A stretch of 64,000 bases of DNA from NCBI GenBank assembly GCA_963816905.1, contig CAWFMQ010000016.1, positions 23,817-87,816 on the forward strand, in the 5' to 3' direction. Below are positions 48,001 through 57,156 of the stretch, one piece after another (positions within the stretch are counted from its first letter, which is position 1; each line of letters begins with the position of its first letter). The notes under the pieces are model-generated. The model worked only from the letters and a program-made list of their open reading frames with translations. It did no database searches and had not been told where the DNA came from. The position numbers and the translations under genes were made by a program. The stretch comes from an uncultured Chloroflexia bacterium (GTDB taxonomy: Bacteria > Chloroflexota > Limnocylindria > Limnocylindrales > CSP1-4).

Positions 48001-49851
48001 GCCGATGGTGCCGGTCACGGTCACGAACCTGTCGGCGTCGGAGGCGTTGGTGAGGTCCGTCATGACCGTCAGCTCGGCGTGCGAGAAGTCCTTGGTCGCC
48101 AGGTCGAGGTCGGTGACGACCCACGGGTTCTCGATGAGGACGTCCTGCGAGTAGGACAGGTAGACGTCCTCATAGATGCCGATATTGCGCCCGCGGATGG
48201 TCGGCAGCCAGTCCCAGCCCACCGATGCGTGGACGGTCGGATTGTCGGCGCCCAGGGCGCCACCGTTGCTGCCTGCGTTCGCAAGCGTCTGGACGCTGAC
48301 GGCGCCGGGGTAGTCGTTCTTCTTGATGAGGACGGCCAGATGGTTGTCGCCGCCGTAGTTGGCGAACTGGGTGATGTCGAACTTGCCGGGGGTGTAGGCG
48401 CCTTCGAGGTCATGGTCGCCATCCGCGATGGAGCGGGCCGCGGTGCCGAGGCGGTGGCCGTTGAGGTAGACGTCCGCCTTCCAGTTGATGGCCTGGAGGT
48501 TCAGCCAGGTGCGCTTGCCCTGCTGTGACGCGGGAATGGTGAAGCTGTCGGTGTACCACCAGTCGGATTCGGTGAAGAAGGAGTCCGAGATCTGCGTCTG
48601 GTAGTCGGAGTACGCCGGATCGACGATGGCGCCGGCCTTGAGGTAGGACATCAGCACGGTGCCGGGAACCGCAGCGGGCAGCCAATTGGCGGCCGCGGCC
48701 GCGCCGGCCGCCGTCGAAAGGTCTTCGCCCTTGCCGCCCACGTTGAAGGCGCGGGCGATCTTCCAGTTGCCGCCGGTGAGGTACTGGGTGCCGTCCGCCT
48801 TGGCGGCAGGTGCGGGCGGGAGGGTGTAGTGAAGGTCGTTGGTGCCCCAGACTTCGAGCTCCTGGAGCCGGTAGTCCGTGCCCGTGCGCGTGGTGAAGTT
48901 GACCTTGACGTAGCGCTGGCCGGTCTGGGGCGGCAGCGCGACGCTGTGGTTCCAGCCGGAGGCGCCGGTGACGGATTGGACCGTCGTGTAGGAGGCACCA
49001 TCGGAGGACACCGCGATGTTGTAGGCAGTGGCGTACTGCGTGGTGTTGGAGAGCCACATGAGCTTGACCGTGTCGAAATCGGAGGGGGCGCCGAGATCGA
49101 CCGTCAGCGACTGGTTGGTGGTTGCCGTGGACGACTGCCAGTAGCTGGCGAACAGCGGCTTGGGCACGACGGGGTAGCCGTCGGCGCCGTAGAGGTACAG
49201 CTCGGCGATCCGGACGGTCGTGGCGGCGGCCGCGGTCACAAGGATGCGGTATCGCTGGAAGTTGGCGCCGGTGATGGGGAAGGTGGCGCCCACGCAGGGA
49301 AGCAGGTTGGCGCCCGTCATGCCCGTCCGGGTGTCGAGGGTGCTCCAGGCAGAGCCGTCGTCGGATCCCTGGAACTGCCACGCGGTCGGATTGTTCTGGA
49401 TCGCGCCGTTGGTGTTGCCGGCGGAGTTGCAGGCCGGCTGGACGCGGTAGGACCTCAGCGCCGTGGGCGCCAGCAGGTCGATGGCGAGCCACTGCGGGTT
49501 GGTCACGCTGAGCGTGCCCGTGGACCCCCAGTACTGGCCGTTCAGGTGGTAGTCGAACCCGTAGGCCGCCGGGGTGGTGCTGCCGGCGGTCGACGCCGTG
49601 ATGACCGGCCTCGGCGCAGCTGGAGCGGTGGGGTCGGTGTAGTACCCGTCTGTGACCAGGTGGCCGGTGTTGTTGAAGTTATTGGTGGCATAGGTCGAAT
49701 GAAGGACCGCACGGAGCAGCGCCACATTTCGATAGCCTTCGGGAGCCGCCAGTGGACCGCCGATGGCCGGTGCGCTCGGCCCTGCAAGGATTGTCATGGA
49801 AAGAGCGACGAGTCCGACGAGGCTGGCCTTCCGAGCCCTCTGTAACATCAT
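45070..49851 (-). CDS. Secreted GH2 glycoside hydrolase (beta-mannosidase / exo-beta-glucosaminidase-like) with F5/8-type (CBM32-like) and C-terminal Ig-like domains
   Basis: Signal peptide, two discoidin-like modules, WLPAAVPGTVL, GWDWLP, LWWPNGYG, RGGNWG, RNWVG and YCGRNE, then three Big_3-like repeats. SD AGGAAGGGG. Confidence 0.88.
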   Translation of the reverse strand: MMLQRARKASLVGLVALSMTILAGPSAPAIGGPLAAPEGYRNVALLRAVLHSTYATNNFNNTGHLVTDGYYTDPTAPAAPRPVITASTAGSTTPAAYGFDYHLNGQYWGSTGTLSVTNPQWLAIDLLAPTALRSYRVQPACNSAGNTNGAIQNNPTAWQFQGSDDGSAWSTLDTRTGMTGANLLPCVGATFPITGANFQRYRILVTAAAATTVRIAELYLYGADGYPVVPKPLFASYWQSSTATTNQSLTVDLGAPSDFDTVKLMWLSNTTQYATAYNIAVSSDGASYTTVQSVTGASGWNHSVALPPQTGQRYVKVNFTTRTGTDYRLQELEVWGTNDLHYTLPPAPAAKADGTQYLTGGNWKIARAFNVGGKGEDLSTAAGAAAAANWLPAAVPGTVLMSYLKAGAIVDPAYSDYQTQISDSFFTESDWWYTDSFTIPASQQGKRTWLNLQAINWKADVYLNGHRLGTAARSIADGDHDLEGAYTPGKFDITQFANYGGDNHLAVLIKKNDYPGAVSVQTLANAGSNGGALGADNPTVHASVGWDWLPTIRGRNIGIYEDVYLSYSQDVLIENPWVVTDLDLATKDFSHAELTVMTDLTNASDADRFVTVTGTIGDVAVASAGSYTVPAHSTVSVSLPTVTMHNPKLWWPNGYGDPSLYDVHLTANAASSESGPYAASHEANFKTGIRELSFEWRSQPDLNAYDTTPSRNPHAGLNISVNGTRIVARGGNWGLSDQNMANTAEDFDLKMRLHKEDNLNIVRNWVGMTGHPGFYDAADKYGILIMDDFWLANPYDGPNAQNEQMFMASAIAKVKRVRAHVSVTFYCGRNEGSPSATLEPQLRAMTAGGTGTLDPTRTYVADSAGVREGMDGHGPYGVRDAVWYFDNTPAAAGYNGNGNGAKNLSSERGMLNIPTLESMRRMLGNTIPWPPIAGTPGVDVWGLHDFTTGGATEASRELDHISHTYDPNYVADGFTEFVKTAQLMNYDNHRSMYEAVYVNDTPGLMQWMSQSAWPSTAWQTYDYYYDLNAGYYGEKVANQPINPILDIRDQTVFLSNESRDDLTNVTVKAEVYNLQGVKVSENSVVTSVAAGGRSSQFTQAASIAQGGVAVANLLYQRVGPPLLTVAPVAGLSGTRYVRTSVTSQDGKVLGANFYWTNPDTKSVWPAGSRTTRNTNSPTVWTDYTAIRTTLKGTTAAPVAPVAVRPDVQSAASPEPGWAALTVKLTNTGNLPALQTRIYGVDENGQQILPFIADDNYVTLMPGESRTLSVKYELAGRHGNVTVVKVDGFNVVEAIPTTTVAAAYDPTQFGHPTTLTATVALVSSGSPIPTGTVQWNLDGAPFGAPVVLDGSGVAAFPGSPPLALGTHTVSAAYSGDPNWEASVSATINHNVKKRLATSAVVTSDIHPSVYGGNVTYTATITPENLSSGLPISGHVQFFVDGVATGGPRPISAGQASIVFNDLKAGSRGIRAQYLGDANYAGSTSPSYAQLVKKATPSGSVTSAPLSPITFGVKPTFTATFVNSVAPIGSLAPATVQFLIDGTLMGAPAPIDAAGVATFTPTWNLPAGTHTIKAKYLGNGNFLAVLSAPYTLVIH

Positions 49852-49953
49852 TGTCCCCTTCCTCCCGTGCCCCAAGAACCGCTTCTTACGGCTCTTGGTT
49901 CTCGTAAATAGACGCCCGAGTGTGTCCGCCGTATCTCAGAACGAGGGCATCAT

Positions 49954-49968
49954 TGGAACCACGTTCCA
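49954..49968. promoter_or_regulatory. Palindrome upstream of GH2, candidate operator
   Basis: TGGAAC-CAC-GTTCCA. Confidence 0.4.
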
Positions 49969-50210
49969 GGGCTCCCGGTTGACGGCCTTGTACGGAACGC
50001 GTCCGCATAACAGCGCGCTCAGCCGCAGCATGCCTTCTCCGAACTGCTGAGCTGAAGCCGCGCCACGGCGAGCGCGGCGAGGCAGGCGAGCGCGAGTCCG
50101 ACGCGGACCCGCGGCGCGGATCGCGCGCGGGCCACCGCCCGCTCGTGCGCCCGCAGGGCGATGACTTGCAGCTCCCCTCCGACGCTTGATCTCGAGACCC
50201 CTCTCTCGGG

Positions 50211-50236
50211 CAGTCATGACAACGATGTCGTGACTG
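50211..50236. promoter_or_regulatory. LacI-family-like operator between GH2 and nucleoside hydrolase
   Basis: CAGTCATGACAACGATGTCGTGACTG, an imperfect 26-bp palindrome with central CG. Confidence 0.55.
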
Positions 50237-50425
50237 GCGCAAGTTTACCAGAGCGACGCGCTTTGCGTCAAGCGGTGGGATTTGGCGATTTGGCGCTGGG
50301 ATTTGGCGATTTCGCGTCCGGGATGTGGCCGGGCCACGTTACGTTACGTCGCGTCGTAGAGCGCGCGGTTCGGCGGCCATCTTCGGGTGATGGGGCAGAA
50401 CCCCGGCGGTTGGTAGCATTCGGTC

Positions 50426-51527
50426 GTGGGAGAGCGAATCCCCGTCGTGATCGACGTCGACACCGGCATCGACGACAGCCTGGCCCTGCTCTATGCCTGC
50501 GCCTCGCCCGAGATGGAGCTGCTGGCGGTCACGTGTGTCTCCGGCAACGTCGAGGCGCTACAGGTCGCCGAGAACACGCGCGCGGTGCTCGAATTGGCGG
50601 GGCGAGGGGACGTCGAGGTGGCGATCGGCCGGCGGGTGCCGCTGGTGCGACCGCTGATGACGGCGCCGGAGACCCACGGGCCACGGGGGATCGGATACGC
50701 GGAACTTCCGCCTGCGCGGGCGCCGCTGTCGAGCCGACACGCGGCGGACCTGCTGATCGACGAGGCGCGCCGGCACCCGGGGGAGTTGCTGCTCATCACG
50801 CTCGGGCCGCTGACGAATCTCGCGGTCGCCGTGCTGCGGGAGCCGGGGCTGCCACGGCTGCTCCGCGGGCTCGTGATGATGGCGGGGTCCTACCGTTCCG
50901 CCGGGGAATACGGCCCCCACGAGCGAGTGGAACGTGGCGGTGGATCCGGAGGCGATGCAGGTTGTGCTGCGGGCGTTCGGCGGGCCGGATACCGCGTGGC
51001 GGCCGGTGGCCCTCGGATTGGACGTCACCGAGCGGGCGAAGTTCGTGCCGCATCACCTCGACCGATTGGCGGGGCGCGCGGGGTGCCGCCGCGACGGGAC
51101 GCCGCTCGGCGGGGAGGGGCCGCTCGGCGGGGAGGGGCCGCTCGGCGGGGAGGGGCCGCTGATCCCGAGCGTGCCACTCAACGCGAACTTGCCGCCCAAC
51201 CCCGTTATTCGTTACCTCGCGGACGCGCTGCGCTTCTACATGGAGTTCCACAGCCGCTACGACGGCTTCTACGGCGCCTTCATCCACGACCCGCTCGCGG
51301 TTGCCGCCGCCCTCGACCCGACACTCGTGACCACCGAGGCGCTGACCGTCGAGGTCGAACTCGGCGGCTCCTACACGACCGGCGAGACCGTCACCGACTG
51401 GCGCCGCCGCTGGGGTCGACCGCCCAACCTGGATGTCGCCGTGGGTGCCCGAATCGACGCCTTCTTCGAACGCTTCATCGAACGCGTGGGGGGTCTCGCG
51501 GCAGAACGCCCGAACGTGGCACGCTAG
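50426..51527 (+). CDS. Inosine-uridine preferring nucleoside hydrolase family (one frameshift near 50905)
   Basis: DVDTGIDD, SGNV, THGPRG, LGPLTNLA, then EWNVAVDPEA, GLDVT and HDPLA. Internal (PLGGEG)x3. Confidence 0.92.
51101..51160. repeat. 18-bp coding tandem repeat x3 (PLGGEG)
   Basis: gccgctcggcggggaggg at 51101, 51119 and 51137. Confidence 0.95.
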
Positions 51528-51577
51528 TCGCCCAAGGATCACTCGGGGTTCACTGGCCTGCCGGAGGAATCACCTCG

Positions 51578-52771
51578 ATGAGCTTCAACTGGCTGCAGGT
51601 CTGCGCCGCGGGGCAAACCGACGGTTGCGTACAGCCGGTTCAGCTCGCCTACCTGGCACTGCTCGTCATCGGCATCGTCGCGCTCGTTCTCCTGGCGCGA
51701 CGATCGCGGGACCTCTCGACATCGACCATCGCCCTCATGCCGGTCGCGATCGCCATCAACGTGGCCGTCGGCTCGCTGATCGTCGCCCTGCGGCTGCCCA
51801 TCTATCTCGACTCGATCGGGACCGTGCTCGTGGGCGTCCTCGCCGGACCATGGGCGGGCGCCATCACCGGGCTGCTGGCCAACCTGATCTGGTCGATCCT
51901 GCCCGTTCCGGGTGGCGCCGGACCGACGATCGCATTCTTCGCGCCCGTGGCCGCCGTCATCGGTCTCATGGCCGGGTTCTGGGGCAGCCGGGGTGTCTTC
52001 CAGTTGCGCAGCGAGGACGCGCGCGTCGGCAGTTTCCTTGCACTCGCCCTCGGTGCCGCCTTTGCCGTATTCGGCTTCGTGGTCGCACAGGCCACCATCG
52101 GCATCAATCAGGCGGACGACGCTGCGAAGGTCACATTCGTGACCGTGTGCCTGATCATCCTCCTGCTCGGGGTTGCCGTCGCGTTTGTCTCTCGCCGGAC
52201 GGTATTTGCGTTCCGGCCCGGCGACCCGCGCATCACGGCGTACCTGTCCGTCGCAACGGGACTCTCGGCCGGCGTCCTGCTCTTCGCGATCCTGCGGCTG
52301 CTGCTCGGCCCGAGCGGCTGGTTCTCGGGGCTCACCGGGGCGTCGGACTCCGCGTTGCCGGGAGTCAACCTGAGCGGCCTCGCGCTCGCGGATCCGGTGG
52401 GGTTTGTCGTCGTGGCCGCAATCGGGGTGGTCGCGGGGTTCGGAGCGTGGACCTGGATCTCGAAAGGTGATCGGGCGCGCCTGTTCCCGGTCTGGGTCGG
52501 CGGGCTGACGACGGGTCTCGTGGCTGCGGCGATCTCGGCACCCATCGCCGCCGGCGTGTTCGGAGGCGTGACCGGTGGCGGCACCGATGCCCTCGTCGCG
52601 CTCTATCGGACCCTCGGCCTGAACATCTTCCAGTCCGCCTTCGCGCAGGGTCTCACGAGCGACCCGCTCGACAAGACGATCAGCTACACAGTGGTCTTCT
52701 TCATCCTCGCGGCGCTCCCGGTGACGGTGCGAACCTTGTTCAGTCGGGGCGAGACAACGGTCGTGGAATGA
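51578..52771 (+). CDS. ECF transporter S component (QrtT-like) with large membrane insertion
   Basis: IAINV..LPIYLDSIGTVL..GP..FAPVA and FGGVTG..DK motifs, 397 aa. SD GGAGG. Confidence 0.8.
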   Translation: MSFNWLQVCAAGQTDGCVQPVQLAYLALLVIGIVALVLLARRSRDLSTSTIALMPVAIAINVAVGSLIVALRLPIYLDSIGTVLVGVLAGPWAGAITGLLANLIWSILPVPGGAGPTIAFFAPVAAVIGLMAGFWGSRGVFQLRSEDARVGSFLALALGAAFAVFGFVVAQATIGINQADDAAKVTFVTVCLIILLLGVAVAFVSRRTVFAFRPGDPRITAYLSVATGLSAGVLLFAILRLLLGPSGWFSGLTGASDSALPGVNLSGLALADPVGFVVVAAIGVVAGFGAWTWISKGDRARLFPVWVGGLTTGLVAAAISAPIAAGVFGGVTGGGTDALVALYRTLGLNIFQSAFAQGLTSDPLDKTISYTVVFFILAALPVTVRTLFSRGETTVVE

Positions 52772-52880
52772 GGCACGGCCAGGGTAATCCCACCGGTCGC
52801 GGCACGCCGAAACAGACTCCAGGGATTCCCGGGGCCGGCCCCTCTGCCGCCCGCTTTCGACCCGCGGGCGGGTCACGCCC

Positions 52881-53660
52881 GTGACGACCCGCGCCACCGG
52901 GTACTTCCGACCCGGCGCTGACTGGCTCCATCGACGACATCCACTGACCAAGCTCCTGGCACTGTTTGCCGTGCTGCTGGCAGCCTTCCTCCTGCCGCCA
53001 CTGGCGCTCGTCGGACTGTTCGCGCTGCTGCTGGTCGTCGCCGCGTCCGCTGGGCTGCTGCGACCGGCGCTGCGCAGCCTGCGCATCCCGGCGCTGCTGA
53101 TCGTCTCGATCCTGATCGTCAACGCGCTCTTCTACCCGGGAGCCACCAACGTTCTCGTATCCTTCGGCCCGCTGCACCTCACGACGGAAGGAATCACGTT
53201 CGGGATTGTCACGGCCGGCCGACTGCTCGTCTGTTTCGTCGCCTCGATCCTGTTCCTTTTCACCACGCTGGCAGACGACCTGCTGGAGGCCCTGGTCGCC
53301 CGCGGCGTGAGCCACCGTCTCGCGTTCGTCGTGCTCTCCGCCGTCCAACTGGTGCCGAGGCTGCAGGACCGCGCCGCAGCGATTCTCGAAGCACAACAGG
53401 CCCGCGGGCTGCGCACGGAGGGCTCGCTCCGCGTCCGGACACGAGCGCTCGTCCCGCTGGTCGGCCCGATCCTCCTGGGCTCGCTGATCGACGTCCGCGA
53501 GCGAACGTTCGCACTCGAGGCGAGGGCGTTCGGGGCGCGGCGGGAGCGGACCGCGTATCGGGTCGTCGCGGACCCGCCGCTCGACCGGTGGCTCCGCTAC
53601 GCGACGCTGATCGCGATGGTTGGCGTGATCGCCATTGCGATCCTGGGTCTCGGGCGATGA
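52881..53660 (+). CDS. ecfT: ECF transporter T component
   Basis: HPLTKL, EAQQARG and ALEARAF motifs. Confidence 0.9.
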   Translation: MTTRATGYFRPGADWLHRRHPLTKLLALFAVLLAAFLLPPLALVGLFALLLVVAASAGLLRPALRSLRIPALLIVSILIVNALFYPGATNVLVSFGPLHLTTEGITFGIVTAGRLLVCFVASILFLFTTLADDLLEALVARGVSHRLAFVVLSAVQLVPRLQDRAAAILEAQQARGLRTEGSLRVRTRALVPLVGPILLGSLIDVRERTFALEARAFGARRERTAYRVVADPPLDRWLRYATLIAMVGVIAIAILGLGR

Positions 53661-55429
53661 GCATCGCGGTCGGCGGAGGGATCGCGGTCGGCGGAGGGAT
53701 CGCGGTCGGCGGAGGGATCGCCGCCGACGGCGTCCGTATCCGGTACCCGGGCCGGCCGGAGCCGGCATTGGACGCCATCTCCCTGAGCGTCGATCCAGGA
53801 GAACTGCTCACAGTGACCGGCCGGACGGGCGTCGGCAAATCGACGCTGGCGCTCGCAGTCGCGGGCTTCATTCCGCGCGTGGTCCGCGGTCGGGTGGAGG
53901 GAACGCTCGTCGTCGACGGAGTCGATGCCGTCAGGGCGAGCGGATCGGCACTCGCAGGACGGGTCGGCATCGTCTTCTCCACGCCGGCGCACCAGCTGTC
54001 AGCGTCGAAGGCCACCGTCCGCGAAGAGCTGGCATTCGGACTCGAGAATCTCGGTGTCCCCCGCGACGCGATGGACGAGCGGATTGACGCGGTCATGTTC
54101 GAGCTCGGGATCGTTCACCTTGCCGACCGCCAGCCACTCGCGCTCTCGGGCGGTGAGCAGCAACGAGTCGCCATCGCGAGCATCGTGGCGATGGGGACCG
54201 AGGTGATCGTGCTGGACGAGCCCACGGCCCAGTTGGACCCGGGCGGCACGGAGTCGGTTGCGACGCTCCTGCGTCAACTGGCCGCCGCGGGCCGGGCCAT
54301 CCTGTGCACCGAGCACGACGCTGCGATCCTGTCCCTCGCCAGGCGCTGCCTGCTGCTCGACGCCGGCAGGCAGGTGGCGCTCGACGCCCCCGGTGTGTCG
54401 CTCGGATCGGCGCAGCTGGAGCCGTTGGGGCTGCGGCCACCGACCCTCGTGTCACTCGCCGAGGCGGCCTGCGTCCCGGCCGCGCAGGCGTTCGACGAAG
54501 CGGCCATCGCGGCCGCGCTCGCCGAAGGAGTCCCCTTCTCGTCTGGGGTGCCCGACGCCGTGGCCGCTGCCGCCGGACTCGAGCCGATGGCGCCGATGGA
54601 GCCGGCCCCGGCCTTCGAGATCAGGCAACTGACGCACAGCTATCCGGACGGGGTGGAAGCGCTGCGGGGCGTCGAGTTCGCACTGCCGCCGGGGAGCGCG
54701 GTCGCGATCGTCGGACAGAACGGATCCGGCAAGACGACGCTCGTGAAGCACCTCAATGGGCTGCTGCGCCCGACAGGCGGTGCGGTGATCCTCGACGGCA
54801 TGGACACGGCCGCCATCCCGGTCAGCACGCTGGCGCGACGCGTCGGATTCGTGTTCCAGAATCCCGACGACCAACTCTTCGAGCGGTCGGTCGAAAGGGA
54901 GGTCTCCTTCGGGCCGCGCCTCCTGGGCCTGGATCCCGCGACGGTCTCCGCGCTCGTGGACCTTGCGCTCGAGGCGACCGGACTGGGAGGCGATCGTGCG
55001 ACGAACCCGTATGACCTTGGGCTCAGCACGAGGAAGCTGGTGGGACTGGCCAGCGTGCTGGCCACCAACCCCGGGATGCTGATCCTCGACGAGCCGACGG
55101 CGGGCCAGGATGGAGCGGGGGTTGCTCGCATCGGCGCGATCGTGGACGCCTGGATCGCGGCCGGGCGATCCGTCGTGACCATCACACACGACATGGAGTT
55201 CGCGGCACGGCACTTTCCTCGGATCCTGGTCATGCGATCCGGGCAGATTGTGCTCGATGGGCTTCGCGAGGCCGTCTATGGGGAGGCCAACACGCGGCTG
55301 TTGGCGAGCACCGGGCTCACGCCGCCACCTGCGGCGAGGATCGCGGCGCGCCTCGGTCTGCGGGCGGTCCCACCGGACGCGCCATCACTGCTGCGCCTGC
55401 TCGCGGCTGAGCGTGGCGGACGGACCTGA
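53657..55429 (+). CDS. ECF transporter duplicated ATPase (A-A' fusion)
   Basis: Two Walker A motifs (GRTGVGKST, GQNGSGKTT), LSGGEQQR and FQNPDDQLF. N-terminal (IAVGGG)x3. Confidence 0.92.
   Translation: MSIAVGGGIAVGGGIAVGGGIAADGVRIRYPGRPEPALDAISLSVDPGELLTVTGRTGVGKSTLALAVAGFIPRVVRGRVEGTLVVDGVDAVRASGSALAGRVGIVFSTPAHQLSASKATVREELAFGLENLGVPRDAMDERIDAVMFELGIVHLADRQPLALSGGEQQRVAIASIVAMGTEVIVLDEPTAQLDPGGTESVATLLRQLAAAGRAILCTEHDAAILSLARRCLLLDAGRQVALDAPGVSLGSAQLEPLGLRPPTLVSLAEAACVPAAQAFDEAAIAAALAEGVPFSSGVPDAVAAAAGLEPMAPMEPAPAFEIRQLTHSYPDGVEALRGVEFALPPGSAVAIVGQNGSGKTTLVKHLNGLLRPTGGAVILDGMDTAAIPVSTLARRVGFVFQNPDDQLFERSVEREVSFGPRLLGLDPATVSALVDLALEATGLGGDRATNPYDLGLSTRKLVGLASVLATNPGMLILDEPTAGQDGAGVARIGAIVDAWIAAGRSVVTITHDMEFAARHFPRILVMRSGQIVLDGLREAVYGEANTRLLASTGLTPPPAARIAARLGLRAVPPDAPSLLRLLAAERGGRT
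53663..53721. repeat. 18-bp coding tandem repeat x3 (IAVGGG)
   Basis: atcgcggtcggcggaggg at 53663, 53681 and 53699. Confidence 0.95.
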
Positions 55430-55510
55430 CCAGCGGGGGCGCCCGCCGACCCACCGCTCACCCCGTGGCCTGAGAGCGGTGGTCCCGACGCGGCCGGCGC
55501 CCCGGGCCCG

Positions 55511-56158
55511 TCACATCGCCAGCAGCACGACCTCGCCGACGGCGCCGTCCACGATCGCCCACGCGCGCATGACCGGGGTCTCGCCGGCGAGTGAACAGAT
55601 CAGGTACAGCGCGTCCGGGTAGTTCGCAAGGCCGATGTCCGTCACCGATGGCTCCGGCTTCGACGCCACGTGCGAGTGGAAGATCCCCCAGACCACTTCG
55701 TCGCGCTCATCCATGTCGAGCATCGCGCGCAGTTGCTCGTCCGGGTCCATGAAGTAGCGATACGGCGAGGCGGCCGCGTTGCGCATCGGGATGAACCTGT
55801 TCGGAACGCCGCCCGCCTCGGCCGGCTCCGTCGCCGCCAGCAACCCGCATGCCTCGTTCGGGGCGCCGGCCCGCGCCCAGTCGATCATGTCCTGGAGCAC
55901 GGCCGCCGGAACGTAGGCAGAGCCGGGTACCCACGAAGGGACGTGCGGCCGCCCGGCGGCATGTTCGCGCCTGGAGGTACCGGTCGCAGCGGCCAGCTGC
56001 CAGTCCTCCTGGCCCGGCGCGGTCGGGCCCGCGGCCGACTCGACCGATCTGGTCGCCTGCGCAACGGCCGACCCGGTCGACTGCTCCTCCGCCGACGAAG
56101 CCCGCGGCGCATCCTCCGCGGACGTCCCCGCTTCGTCGACCGCGTCCGCGCCTACCAC
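55511..56158 (-). CDS. mec: JAMM/MPN metalloprotease (Mec-like CysO-cysteine peptidase) with acidic N-terminal extension
   Basis: PNEACGLL and FHSHVASKPEPSVTD JAMM motif, downstream of cysM/cysO. Confidence 0.88.
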   Translation of the reverse strand: MVGADAVDEAGTSAEDAPRASSAEEQSTGSAVAQATRSVESAAGPTAPGQEDWQLAAATGTSRREHAAGRPHVPSWVPGSAYVPAAVLQDMIDWARAGAPNEACGLLAATEPAEAGGVPNRFIPMRNAAASPYRYFMDPDEQLRAMLDMDERDEVVWGIFHSHVASKPEPSVTDIGLANYPDALYLICSLAGETPVMRAWAIVDGAVGEVVLLAM

Positions 56159-57144
56159 AGGTTCAGGCTTTCCAATCGGTCGCCCTCCATGTCCCGTGTC
56201 CACAGATCCTCGGAAAGGTACTTCCAGCCGCCGTCCGCCAGCAGCACGACGATTGTGCCGTGTTCCATGGTCTCCGCGATGCGCGCGGCCGCAACCAGTG
56301 CCCCGCCGGACGAGACGCCGGCGAAAATGCCTTCCCGCTCCGTCAGGTCCCGCAGTGCGCAGATCGACTCCTCGTTGGACACGAGGAACCTTCCGTCGAG
56401 CATGCCCGGATCGAAGATCTCGGGGATGAACCCCTCCTCGAGGGAGCGGAGGCCCTGGACCTTCTCCCCGGGGAGCGGCTCGGCAGCGTAGATCCGCACA
56501 TCGCTGTTGTGCTCCCGGAGGCGCCGCCCGACGCCCATCAGCGTGCCGCCCGTGCCGAGGCCGGCCACGAACACGTCCACCTCCGGGCAGTCCGTGAGGA
56601 TCTCCTCCGCGGTCGTCTCGTAGTGCGCCTGGGGGTTGGCGGGATTGCCGTACTGGTACGGCATCACGAACCGCGGATCCATCCCGACGAGGCGCTTGGC
56701 CAGCGCGACCGCACCGTTCGAACCGAGGTGACCGGGGGAGTCGATGATCTCCGCGCCGAAGAGCGCCAGGAGTTGCCGCCGCTCACGGGTGACGTTGTCG
56801 GGCAGGACCACCGCAACGCGATAGCCCTTGCGGCGGGCGATCATCGCCAGCGCGATGCCGGTGTTACCGCTCGTCGGCTCCACGATGATGGAGTCCGGCT
56901 GCAGCCGGCCGGACCGCTCCAGGTCCTCGATGAGGTACTTCGCGACGCGGTCCTTGACCGAGCCGGTCGGGTTCAGGAACTCCAACTTGGCATAGAGCCG
57001 GACGTTGTCGTTGGGGCACATCCGCGGGATCTCCACGAGCGGCGTGTGCCCGATCGCGTCGAGGATCGAGGGATACCGTCCGCCGTGCGGCCCGAGACCG
57101 TCGTGTGCGTGCGGCCGCAGCCGCTCGAGATCGGCGAGCGCCAT
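56152..57144 (-). CDS. cysM: PLP-dependent cysteine synthase (CysO-dependent CysM type by context)
   Basis: IGHTPL, KLEFLNPTGSVKDR, PTSGNTG, GLGTGGT and DGGWKYLS. Confidence 0.92.
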   Translation of the reverse strand: MALADLERLRPHAHDGLGPHGGRYPSILDAIGHTPLVEIPRMCPNDNVRLYAKLEFLNPTGSVKDRVAKYLIEDLERSGRLQPDSIIVEPTSGNTGIALAMIARRKGYRVAVVLPDNVTRERRQLLALFGAEIIDSPGHLGSNGAVALAKRLVGMDPRFVMPYQYGNPANPQAHYETTAEEILTDCPEVDVFVAGLGTGGTLMGVGRRLREHNSDVRIYAAEPLPGEKVQGLRSLEEGFIPEIFDPGMLDGRFLVSNEESICALRDLTEREGIFAGVSSGGALVAAARIAETMEHGTIVVLLADGGWKYLSEDLWTRDMEGDRLESLNLW

Positions 57145-57156
57145 CTCGCGCGGTCC

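Noticed and set aside
50340-50426. preQ1 riboswitch expected upstream of an IunH-QrtT operon
   Set aside because: There is no preQ1 stem-loop or A-rich tail, and a -10 hexamer 6 nt before the GTG indicates a leaderless transcript.
50426-52771. 781-aa nucleoside hydrolase-S component fusion in the ORF track
   Set aside because: It is an artefact of a frameshift near 50905. The hydrolase ends at 51527 and the S component has its own SD and ATG at 51578.
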